From a phage: a DNA stretch of 64,000 nucleotides. The DNA lies in the NCBI GenBank assembly GCA_021537435.1, contig GCA_021537435.1_3050.1. One strand, 5' to 3'. The translations under genes and the position numbers were made by a program. The notes under the pieces are model-generated. The model was not told the origin of the DNA and made no database searches. It was given only the letters and a program-made list of their open reading frames with translations. Positions 56,370-64,000 of the stretch are shown one piece after another (position 1 is the stretch's first letter; every line of letters begins with the position of its first letter).

Positions 56370-59300
56370 ATGGCCGAGATTAAAAGAAAGTTCAGAGCAG
56401 AAGATGGTCTGGACGCAGGTGGTGATAAAATAATCAACGTAGCTTTAGCTGATCGTGCCGTAGGAACTGACGGTGTTAACGTTGATTACTTAATTCAAGA
56501 AAACACAGTTCAACAATACGATCCAACTCGTGGATATTTAAAAGATTTTGTAATCATTTATGATAACCGTTTTTGGGCTGCTATAAATGATATTCCAAAA
56601 CCAGCAGGAGCTTTTAATAGCGTACGTTGGAGATCATTACGTACTGATGCTAATTGGACAACTGTTTCATCAGGACCTTATCAATTAAAGTCAGGCGAAT
56701 CAATTTCAGTTGATACTGCATCTGGTAATGACATTACATTTACTTTACCATCTTCCCCAATTGATGGAGATACTATCGTTCTCCAAGACATTGGAGGAAA
56801 ACCTGGAGTTAATCAAGTTTTAATTACCGCTTCAGTACAAAGTATTGTAAACTTTAGAGGTGAACAAGTACGTTCAGTACTAATGACTCATCCAAAGTCA
56901 CAGTTAGTTTTAATTTTTAGTAATCGTCTGTGGCAAATGTATGTAGCTGATTATAGTAGAGAAGCTGTAGTTGTAACACCGGCAAGTCTCTACCAAGCGC
57001 AGTCAAACGATTTTATCGTGCGTAGATTTACTTCCGCTGCGCCTATTAATATTAAACTTCCGAGATTTGCTAATCATGGCGATATTATTAATTTCGTTGA
57101 TTTAGATAAATTAAATCCTCTTTATCATACAATTGTTACTACATACGATGAAACTACTTCAATACAAGAAGATGGAACTCATTCCATTGAAGGCCGTACA
57201 TCTATTGATGGTTTCTTGATGTATGATGATAATGAGAAATTATGGAGATTATTTGACGGGGATAGTAAAGCACGTTTACGCGTTATAACAACTAATTCTA
57301 GCATTCGTCCAAATGAAGAAGTCATGGTATTTGGTGCGAATAACGGAACAACCCAAACAATTGAACTTCAGCTTCCAACTAATATTTCTGTTGGTGATAC
57401 TGTTAAAATTTCCATGAATTACATGAGAAAAGGACAAACAGTTAAAATCAAAGCTGCTGATGAAGATAAAATTGCTTCTTCAGTTCAATTACTGCAATTC
57501 CCAAAACGCTCAGAATATCCGCCTGAAGCTGAATGGGTGACTGTTCAAGAATTAGTTTTTAATGGTGAAACTAATTATGTTCCAGTTTTGGAACTTGCTT
57601 ATATAGAAGATTCTGATGGAAAATACTGGGTTGTACAACAAAACGTTCCAACAGTTGAAAGAGTTGATTCTTTAAATGATTCTACTAGAGCAAGATTAGG
57701 CGTAATTGCTTTAGCTACACAAGCTCAAGCAAATGCTGATTTAGAAAATTCTCCACAGAAAGAATTAGCAATTACACCAGAAACATTAGCTAACCGTACT
57801 GCTACAGAAACTCGTAGAGGTATCGCAAGAATAGCAACCACTGCCCAAGTGAACCAGGATACTACATTCTCTTTTGCTGATGATATTATCGTCACTCCTA
57901 AAAAGCTGAATGAAAGAACTGCCACAGAAACCCGTAGAGGTGTTGCTGAAATTGCTACACAGCAAGAAACTAATGCAGGTACTGATGATACTACAATCAT
58001 CACTCCTAAAAAGCTTCAAGCTCGACAAGGTTCTGAATCATTATCTGGTATTGTAACCTTTGTATCTACCGCAGGAGCTACTCCAGCTTCTAGTCGTGAA
58101 TTAAATGGTACAAATGTTTACAATAAAAACACTAATAATTTAGTTGTTTCGCCTAAAGCTTTGGATCAGTATAAAGCTACTCCAACGCAACAAGGTGCAG
58201 TAATTTTAGCAGTTGAAAGTGAAGTAATTGCTGGAAAAAGTCAAGAAGGATGGGCAAATGCTGTTGTAACGCCAGAAACGTTACATAAAAAGACATCAAC
58301 TGATGGAAGAATTGGTTTAATTGAAATTGCTACACAAAGTGAAGTTAATACAGGAACTGATTATACTCGTGCAGTCACTCCTAAAACTTTAAATGATCGT
58401 AAAGCAACTGAAAGTTTAAGTGGTATAGCTGAAATTGCTACACAAGTTGAATTCGACGCAGGCGTCGACGATACTCGTATCTCTACACCATTAAAAATTA
58501 AAACCAGATTTAATAGTACTGATCGTACTTCTGTTGTTGCTCTATCTGGATTAGTTGAATCAGGAACTCTCTGGGACCATTATACCCTTAATATTCTTGA
58601 AGCAAATGAGACACAACGTGGTACACTTCGTGTAGCTACACAAGTTGAAGCTGCTGCAGGAACATTGGATAATGTTCTAATAACTCCTAAAAAGCTTTTA
58701 GGTACTAAATCTACCGAATCGCAAGAAGGCGTTATTAAAGTTGCAACTCAGGCTGAAACTGTAGCTGGAACGTCAGCAAATACTGCTGTATCTCCAAAAA
58801 ATTTAAAATGGGTTGTACAGAGTGAACCTACTTGGGCAGCTACTACTTTGGTAAGAGGTTTTGTTAAAACTTCATCTGGTTCAATTACATTCGTTGGTAA
58901 TGATATAGTTGGTTCAACACAGTCATTAGAATTATATGAGAAAAATAGCTATGCAGTATCGCCATATGAATTAAACCGCGTATTAGCAAATTATTTGCCG
59001 TTAAAAGCAAAAGCTGCAGATAGTAATTTATTAGATGGTCTAGATTCATCTCAGTTCATTCGTAGGGATATTGCACAGACAGTTAATGGTTCACTAACCT
59101 TAACGCAACAAACGAATCTGAGTGCCCCTCTTGTATCATCTAGTACTGCTACGTTCGGTGGATCAGTTTCAGCAAATAGTACACTAACCATTTCTAATAC
59201 TGATGGAACAGCAACTCGTCTGATTTTTGAGAAAGGACCTCAAACTGGAACGAACCCGGCTCAAACGATGACAGTCAGCGTGTGGGGGAATCAATTTAGT

Positions 59301-60242
59301 GGGGAATCAAACACAACACGTTCTACCGTATTTGAAGTTAGTGATGAAACATCTTATCACTTTTATTCTCAACGCGATAAAGATGGTAATATAGCATTTA
59401 GCATTAATGGTACTGTAATGCCAATAAATGTGAATGCTTTAGGTTCTTTGAATGCGAATGGCGTTGCAACATTCGGTAGTTCAGTTACTGCTAATGGCGA
59501 ATTTATCAGTAAATCATCGAATGCTTTCAGAGCAATAAATGGTAATTATGGATTCTTTATTCGTAACGCTGGTAATGACACCTATTTTATGCTCACTGCA
59601 GCCGGTGATCAGAGCGGTGGATTTAATGCATTACGTCCATTATCAATTAATAATCAGTCCGGTCAAGTAACGATTGGTGAAAACTTAATCATTGCCAAAG
59701 GTGCTACTATAAGTTCAGGTGGTTTAACTGTTAACTCGAGAATTCGTTCTCAGGGTACTAAAACCTCTGATTTATATACCCGTGCGCCAACATCTGATAC
59801 TGTAGGATTCTGGTCAATCGATATTAATGATTCAGCCACTTATAACCAGTTCCCGGGTTATTTTGAAATGGTTGAAAAAACTAATGAAGTGACTGGACTT
59901 CCATACTTAGAACGTGGCGAAGAGGTTAAATCTCCTGGTACATTGACTCAGTTTGGTAACACACTCGATTCGCTTTACCAAGATTGGATTACTTATCCAA
60001 CGACCCCAGACGCGCGCACCACTCGCTGGACACGTACATGGCAGAAAACCAAAAACTCTTGGTCAAGTTTTGTTCAGGTATTTGATGGGGGTAACCCTCC
60101 TCAGCCATCTGATATCGGTGCTTTACCATCTGATAATGCTACAATGGGGAATCTTACTATTCGTGATTTCTTACGAATTGGTAATGTTCGCATTATTCCT
60201 GACCCAGTGAATAAATCTGTTAAATTTGAATGGATTGAATAA
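56370..60242 (+). CDS. 34: long tail fibre proximal subunit gp34
   Basis: 1290-aa ORF with internal repeats; late promoter TATAAATA at 56328-56335. Confidence 0.93.
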   Translation: MAEIKRKFRAEDGLDAGGDKIINVALADRAVGTDGVNVDYLIQENTVQQYDPTRGYLKDFVIIYDNRFWAAINDIPKPAGAFNSVRWRSLRTDANWTTVSSGPYQLKSGESISVDTASGNDITFTLPSSPIDGDTIVLQDIGGKPGVNQVLITASVQSIVNFRGEQVRSVLMTHPKSQLVLIFSNRLWQMYVADYSREAVVVTPASLYQAQSNDFIVRRFTSAAPINIKLPRFANHGDIINFVDLDKLNPLYHTIVTTYDETTSIQEDGTHSIEGRTSIDGFLMYDDNEKLWRLFDGDSKARLRVITTNSSIRPNEEVMVFGANNGTTQTIELQLPTNISVGDTVKISMNYMRKGQTVKIKAADEDKIASSVQLLQFPKRSEYPPEAEWVTVQELVFNGETNYVPVLELAYIEDSDGKYWVVQQNVPTVERVDSLNDSTRARLGVIALATQAQANADLENSPQKELAITPETLANRTATETRRGIARIATTAQVNQDTTFSFADDIIVTPKKLNERTATETRRGVAEIATQQETNAGTDDTTIITPKKLQARQGSESLSGIVTFVSTAGATPASSRELNGTNVYNKNTNNLVVSPKALDQYKATPTQQGAVILAVESEVIAGKSQEGWANAVVTPETLHKKTSTDGRIGLIEIATQSEVNTGTDYTRAVTPKTLNDRKATESLSGIAEIATQVEFDAGVDDTRISTPLKIKTRFNSTDRTSVVALSGLVESGTLWDHYTLNILEANETQRGTLRVATQVEAAAGTLDNVLITPKKLLGTKSTESQEGVIKVATQAETVAGTSANTAVSPKNLKWVVQSEPTWAATTLVRGFVKTSSGSITFVGNDIVGSTQSLELYEKNSYAVSPYELNRVLANYLPLKAKAADSNLLDGLDSSQFIRRDIAQTVNGSLTLTQQTNLSAPLVSSSTATFGGSVSANSTLTISNTDGTATRLIFEKGPQTGTNPAQTMTVSVWGNQFSGESNTTRSTVFEVSDETSYHFYSQRDKDGNIAFSINGTVMPINVNALGSLNANGVATFGSSVTANGEFISKSSNAFRAINGNYGFFIRNAGNDTYFMLTAAGDQSGGFNALRPLSINNQSGQVTIGENLIIAKGATISSGGLTVNSRIRSQGTKTSDLYTRAPTSDTVGFWSIDINDSATYNQFPGYFEMVEKTNEVTGLPYLERGEEVKSPGTLTQFGNTLDSLYQDWITYPTTPDARTTRWTRTWQKTKNSWSSFVQVFDGGNPPQPSDIGALPSDNATMGNLTIRDFLRIGNVRIIPDPVNKSVKFEWIE
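57740..58810 (+). repeat. intragenic tandem repeats in gene 34 (~30-40-aa units)
   Basis: At least seven units of the form ET(R/Q)xG(I/V)A(x)IAT(Q/T)xE…G…(I/V)TPKxL seen in the translation. Confidence 0.6.
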
Positions 60243-60250
60243 GAGGTATT

Positions 60251-61366
60251 ATGGAAAAATTTATGGCAGAGTTTGGACAAGGATATGTCCAAACGCCATT
60301 TTTATCGGAAAGCAATTCAGTAAGATATAAAATAAGTATAGCGGGTTCTTGCCCGCTTTCTACAGCAGGACCATATGTTAAATTTCAGGATAATCCTATC
60401 GGAAGTCAAACATTTAACGCAGGTCTTCATTTAAGAGTTTTTGACCCTTCTACAGGAGCATTAGTTGATAGTAAGTCATATGCTTTTTCGACTTCAAATG
60501 ATACTACATCAGCTGCTTTTGTTAGTTTCATGAATTCTTTGACGAATAATAGACTTGTTGCTATATTAACTAGCGGAAAGGTTAATTTTCCTCCTGAAGT
60601 AGTATCTTGGTTAAGAGCTGCAGGAACATCTGCTTTTCCATCTGATTCTGTATTGTCAAGATTTGACGTATCATATGCTGCTTTTTATACTTCTTCTAAA
60701 AGAGCTATTGCATTAGAACACGTTAAACTAAGTAATAGAAAAAGTACAGATGACTATCAAACTATTTTAGATGTTGTATTTGATAGTTTAGAAGACGTTG
60801 GAGCTACAGGATTTCCTAAAAGAACATATGAAAGCGTTGAGCAATTTATGTCAGCTGTCGGTGGAACTAATAACGAAATTGCACGTTTACCAACTTCATC
60901 CGCGATAAGTAAATTATCTGACTATAATTTAATCCCTGGTGATGTTCTTTATCTTAAAGCGCAGCTATACGCTGACGCAGATTTACTTGCGCTTGGAACT
61001 ACAAATATATCTATCCGTTTTTATGATGAATCGAATGGATATATTTCTTCAACACATGCTGAGTTTACTGGACAAGCTGAGTCATGGGAATTAAAGGAAG
61101 ATTATGTAGTTATTCCAGAAAATGCAGTAGGATTTACGATATATGCACAAAGAACTGCTCAAGCTGGTCAAGGCGGCATGAGGAATTTAAGCTTTTCGGA
61201 AGTGTCAAGAAATGGCGGAATTTCAAAACCTGCTGAATTTGGCGTCAATGGTATTCGAGTTAATTATGTCTGTGAATCTGCTTCACCTCCGGATATAATG
61301 GTACTTCCTACGCAAGCATCGTCTAAAGCTGGTAAAGTATTTGGGCAAGAATTTAGAGAAGTATAA
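60251..61366 (+). CDS. 35: long tail fibre hinge protein gp35
   Basis: 371-aa ORF directly after 34. Confidence 0.88.
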   Translation: MEKFMAEFGQGYVQTPFLSESNSVRYKISIAGSCPLSTAGPYVKFQDNPIGSQTFNAGLHLRVFDPSTGALVDSKSYAFSTSNDTTSAAFVSFMNSLTNNRLVAILTSGKVNFPPEVVSWLRAAGTSAFPSDSVLSRFDVSYAAFYTSSKRAIALEHVKLSNRKSTDDYQTILDVVFDSLEDVGATGFPKRTYESVEQFMSAVGGTNNEIARLPTSSAISKLSDYNLIPGDVLYLKAQLYADADLLALGTTNISIRFYDESNGYISSTHAEFTGQAESWELKEDYVVIPENAVGFTIYAQRTAQAGQGGMRNLSFSEVSRNGGISKPAEFGVNGIRVNYVCESASPPDIMVLPTQASSKAGKVFGQEFREV

Positions 61367-61371
61367 ATTGA

Positions 61372-61389
61372 GGGAGCCTTCGGGTTCCC
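61372..61389 (+). terminator. terminator after gene 35
   Basis: GGGAGCC-ttcg-GGTTCCC (one G-U pair) followed by TTTTTCTTT. Confidence 0.8.
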
Positions 61390-61397
61390 TTTTTCTT

Positions 61398-61405
61398 TAT
61401 AAATA
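61398..61405 (+). promoter_or_regulatory. late promoter motif TATAAATA (gene 36)
   Basis: Exact match between the gene 35 terminator and gene 36. Confidence 0.6.
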
Positions 61406-61428
61406 CTATTAAAATAAAGGGGCATACA

Positions 61429-62085
61429 ATGGCTGATTTAAAAGTAGGTTCAACAACTGGAGGCTCTGTCATTTGGCATCAAGGAAATTTTCCATTGAAT
61501 CCAGCCGGTGACGATGTACTCTATAAATCATTTAAAATATATTCAGAATACAATAAACCGCAAGCTGCTGATAACGATTTCGTTTCTAAAGCTAATGGTG
61601 GTACGTATTTAAATAAAGTAATTTTTAATAAAGGAATGACTGTTCCTGGTGCAGGGTCAGGTGACAATGGTATTTTTGCTGGTCCTGGTGATAATGCCAC
61701 ATATGATACTACAAATATGGATATTGTTTCGTGGTATGGTATTGGTTTTAAATCATCACAGGGATCAGCGGGTAGAACTGTAGTAATTAACACACGAAAT
61801 GGGGATATTAGCTCAAAGGGTGTAATTGAAGCATCACAAATACGCGCAACTTCATTATCTCCAGTAAATAATTATGACCTCACGCGGAAAGATTATGTCG
61901 ATGGAGCAATAAATATTGTTACAGCAAACGCAAACTCTAGGGTATTACGCTCTGGAGATACTATGACAGGTAACTTAACCGCGCCAAACCTTTTTTCGCA
62001 GAATCCTGCATCTCAACCATCACATGTTCCACGATTTGACCAAATTGTTATTAAGGATTCTGTTCAAGATTTCGGCTATTATTAA
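61429..62085 (+). CDS. 36: long tail fibre distal connector gp36
   Basis: 218-aa ORF; terminator and late promoter upstream. Confidence 0.88.
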   Translation: MADLKVGSTTGGSVIWHQGNFPLNPAGDDVLYKSFKIYSEYNKPQAADNDFVSKANGGTYLNKVIFNKGMTVPGAGSGDNGIFAGPGDNATYDTTNMDIVSWYGIGFKSSQGSAGRTVVINTRNGDISSKGVIEASQIRATSLSPVNNYDLTRKDYVDGAINIVTANANSRVLRSGDTMTGNLTAPNLFSQNPASQPSHVPRFDQIVIKDSVQDFGYY

Positions 62086-62093
62086 GAGGACTT

Positions 62094-64000
62094 ATGGCTA
62101 CTTTAAAACAAATACAATTTAAAAGAAGCAAAACTGCAGGAGCACGTCCTGCCGCTTCAGTATTAGCCGAAGGTGAATTGGCTATAAACTTAAAAGACCG
62201 TTTACTTTTTACTAAAGATGACCAAGGAAATATCATTGATCTTGGTTTTGCTAAGGGTGGTAGTATTGACGGGAATGTTATTCATACTGGCAATTATAAC
62301 CAAACTGGCGATTATACTTTAAATGGTACCTTCACTCAGACTGGTAATTTTAATTTAACTGGTATTGCTCGAGTAACTCGCGATATTATTGCTGCTGGGC
62401 AGATTACGACTGAAGGCGGAGAATTTATTACAAAAAGTTCAGGTACAGCACATGTTCGTTTTCATGATTCCGCCGACCGTGAACGCGGTATTATTTTTTC
62501 TCCTGCTAATGACGGTTTAACTACACAAGTAGTTAACATCAGAGTTCAAGATTACAAAGCTGGTTCAGAAAACACTTTCGCTTTTAATGGAAATGGTTTG
62601 TTTTCTTCACCAGAAGTTTTTGGGTGGAAATCTGTATCAACTCCGGTAATTTATACCAATAAAGTTATTACAAATGGTAAAGTTGTCGGCGATTATGATA
62701 TCTATTCAATGGCCAATAATAATTCTGACACAGATAAAAACTATTTGCGCGTTGTACGTACCAACCCAGTGGCCGCAATGCTCCATGAAATTTGTGAAAA
62801 TAACGGCATCAGTTGGTATTCTGGTTCAACCCCTACTGATTTCATGTTGTCTTTTGCTTATTCAGGTGGTTTTCAAGCTGGGCATTCGATTGCAGTAGGT
62901 ATGGAATCAGCAGGGCCTATGACGTATTCAGCCTTAGGTAAAGGTTCTATTGCTTTGGGTGATAATGATACCGGATTAAAATGGTATCAAGATGGTTATT
63001 TCTATGTAGTAAACAATGGTACGAGAACTTTCCTTTATAGTCCTGAATCAACCGTAAGCCTTAGAAAAATGGTTATGGGTTATTCTGTAAATGGCAATGA
63101 TTTAACTACTCCTCCTACTGAAAACTATGCTCTCGCTACTGTTGTTACTTACCATGATAATAATGCGTTTGGAGATGGTCAGACTCTTTTAGGATATTAC
63201 CAAGGTGGTAATTATCATCATTATTTCCGCGGTAAGGGTACCACAAACATTAATACTCATGGCGGTTTGCTAGTTACTCCTGGTAATATTGACGTTATTG
63301 GTGGTTCAGTTAATATTGATGGTCGTAATAATGCTTCTACGCTGATGTTTAGAGGTAACACAACTGGTAACAGTTCAGTTGATAATATGACAATTTCTGT
63401 ATGGGGTAATACCTTTACTAATCCTAGTGAAGGCACCCGTAAAAATGTCATGGAAATTTCTGACGCAACTAGTTGGATGAGCTATATTCAAAGACTTACT
63501 ACTGGTGAAGTAGAAATGAACGTCAATGGTTCATTTGAATCATCCGGTGTTACTGCTGGAAATAAAGGAGTTCACACAACAGGCGAAATTTCATCTGGGG
63601 CTGTGAATGCGCTTCGTATTTGGAACGCAGATTATGGAGCTATTTTTAGACGTTCAGAAGGTAGTCTTCATATTATTCCAACTGCTTATGGTGAAGGTAA
63701 ACATGGTGATATCGGTCCACTTCGCCCGTTTAGTATGGCTTTAGATACTGGTAAAGTTACTATTCCAGATTTACAATCAAGTTACAATACGTTTGCTGCT
63801 AACGGTTATATTAAATTTACTGGTCACGGCGCGGGCGCTGGTGGTTATGACATTCAATATGCTCAAGCGGCTCCTATTTTCCAGGAAATTGATGATGATG
63901 CTGTAAGCAAATATTATCCTATTGTTAAACAGAAGTTTTTAAACGGTAAATCTGTTTGGTCTTTAGGTACCGAAATTGAATCAGGTACATTCGTTATTCA
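62094..64000 (+). CDS. 37: long tail fibre distal subunit gp37, N-terminal ~635 codons (3' partial)
   Basis: ATG at 62094 after SD AAGAGGA; frame (MATLKQIQFKRSKTAGARPAASVLAEGELAINLKDR…) stays open to the window end; absent from the ORF track because no stop lies in the window. Confidence 0.88.
   Translation, partial: MATLKQIQFKRSKTAGARPAASVLAEGELAINLKDRLLFTKDDQGNIIDLGFAKGGSIDGNVIHTGNYNQTGDYTLNGTFTQTGNFNLTGIARVTRDIIAAGQITTEGGEFITKSSGTAHVRFHDSADRERGIIFSPANDGLTTQVVNIRVQDYKAGSENTFAFNGNGLFSSPEVFGWKSVSTPVIYTNKVITNGKVVGDYDIYSMANNNSDTDKNYLRVVRTNPVAAMLHEICENNGISWYSGSTPTDFMLSFAYSGGFQAGHSIAVGMESAGPMTYSALGKGSIALGDNDTGLKWYQDGYFYVVNNGTRTFLYSPESTVSLRKMVMGYSVNGNDLTTPPTENYALATVVTYHDNNAFGDGQTLLGYYQGGNYHHYFRGKGTTNINTHGGLLVTPGNIDVIGGSVNIDGRNNASTLMFRGNTTGNSSVDNMTISVWGNTFTNPSEGTRKNVMEISDATSWMSYIQRLTTGEVEMNVNGSFESSGVTAGNKGVHTTGEISSGAVNALRIWNADYGAIFRRSEGSLHIIPTAYGEGKHGDIGPLRPFSMALDTGKVTIPDLQSSYNTFAANGYIKFTGHGAGAGGYDIQYAQAAPIFQEIDDDAVSKYYPIVKQKFLNGKSVWSLGTEIESGTFVI

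Noticed and set aside
57725-58028. Two minus-strand ORFs (92 and 80 aa) inside gene 34
   Set aside because: Antisense frames kept open by the gene 34 internal repeats.

Overview
This window reads as a contiguous block of a T4-like (T-even, Tevenvirinae) myovirus genome, running from the 3' end of gene 16 to the first ~635 codons of gene 37. Many proteins match T4 sequences as I recall them (gp17, Rnl1, Rnl2, UvsW.1, NrdB junction, gp31), so it is a close T4 relative but not reference T4. Gene order: late structural genes on the + strand (17, 18, 19, 20, 67, 68, 21, 22, 23, 24), then rnlB, hoc, inh, uvsW, uvsY, baseplate genes 25-26-51-27-28-29-48-54, a minus-strand early/middle block (two tandem Alt-like ADP-ribosyltransferases, ligase 30, small ORFs, rIII, 31, cd, pseT, alc, rnlA, denA, intron-containing nrdB, nrdA, intron-containing td, frd, 32, 59, 33, dsbA, rnh), then tail-fibre genes 34-35-36-37 on the + strand. 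Both group I introns were mapped to the nucleotide by hand translation: td (1016 nt, with I-TevI) and nrdB (1090 nt, with a full-length 269-aa I-TevIII). The parts that stand out against the T4 layout as I remember it are: (1) a Dam-family adenine methyltransferase gene between nrdA and nrdB; (2) an HNH homing-endonuclease-like gene with a TTG start inserted between uvsW and uvsW.1; (3) a ~417-bp cassette with a 115-119-aa ORF inserted at the frd/td overlap and flanked by a 9-bp direct repeat; (4) two intact tandem Alt paralogs with divergent middle regions; (5) a minus-strand ORF with a strong RBS in the 23-24 intergenic region. All comparisons to T4 are from memory and no database search was run. 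No tRNA, rRNA or CRISPR array was seen. Several ORF-track starts (TTG/GTG or upstream ATG) were trimmed to the ATG that has a Shine-Dalgarno and gives the T4 protein length.
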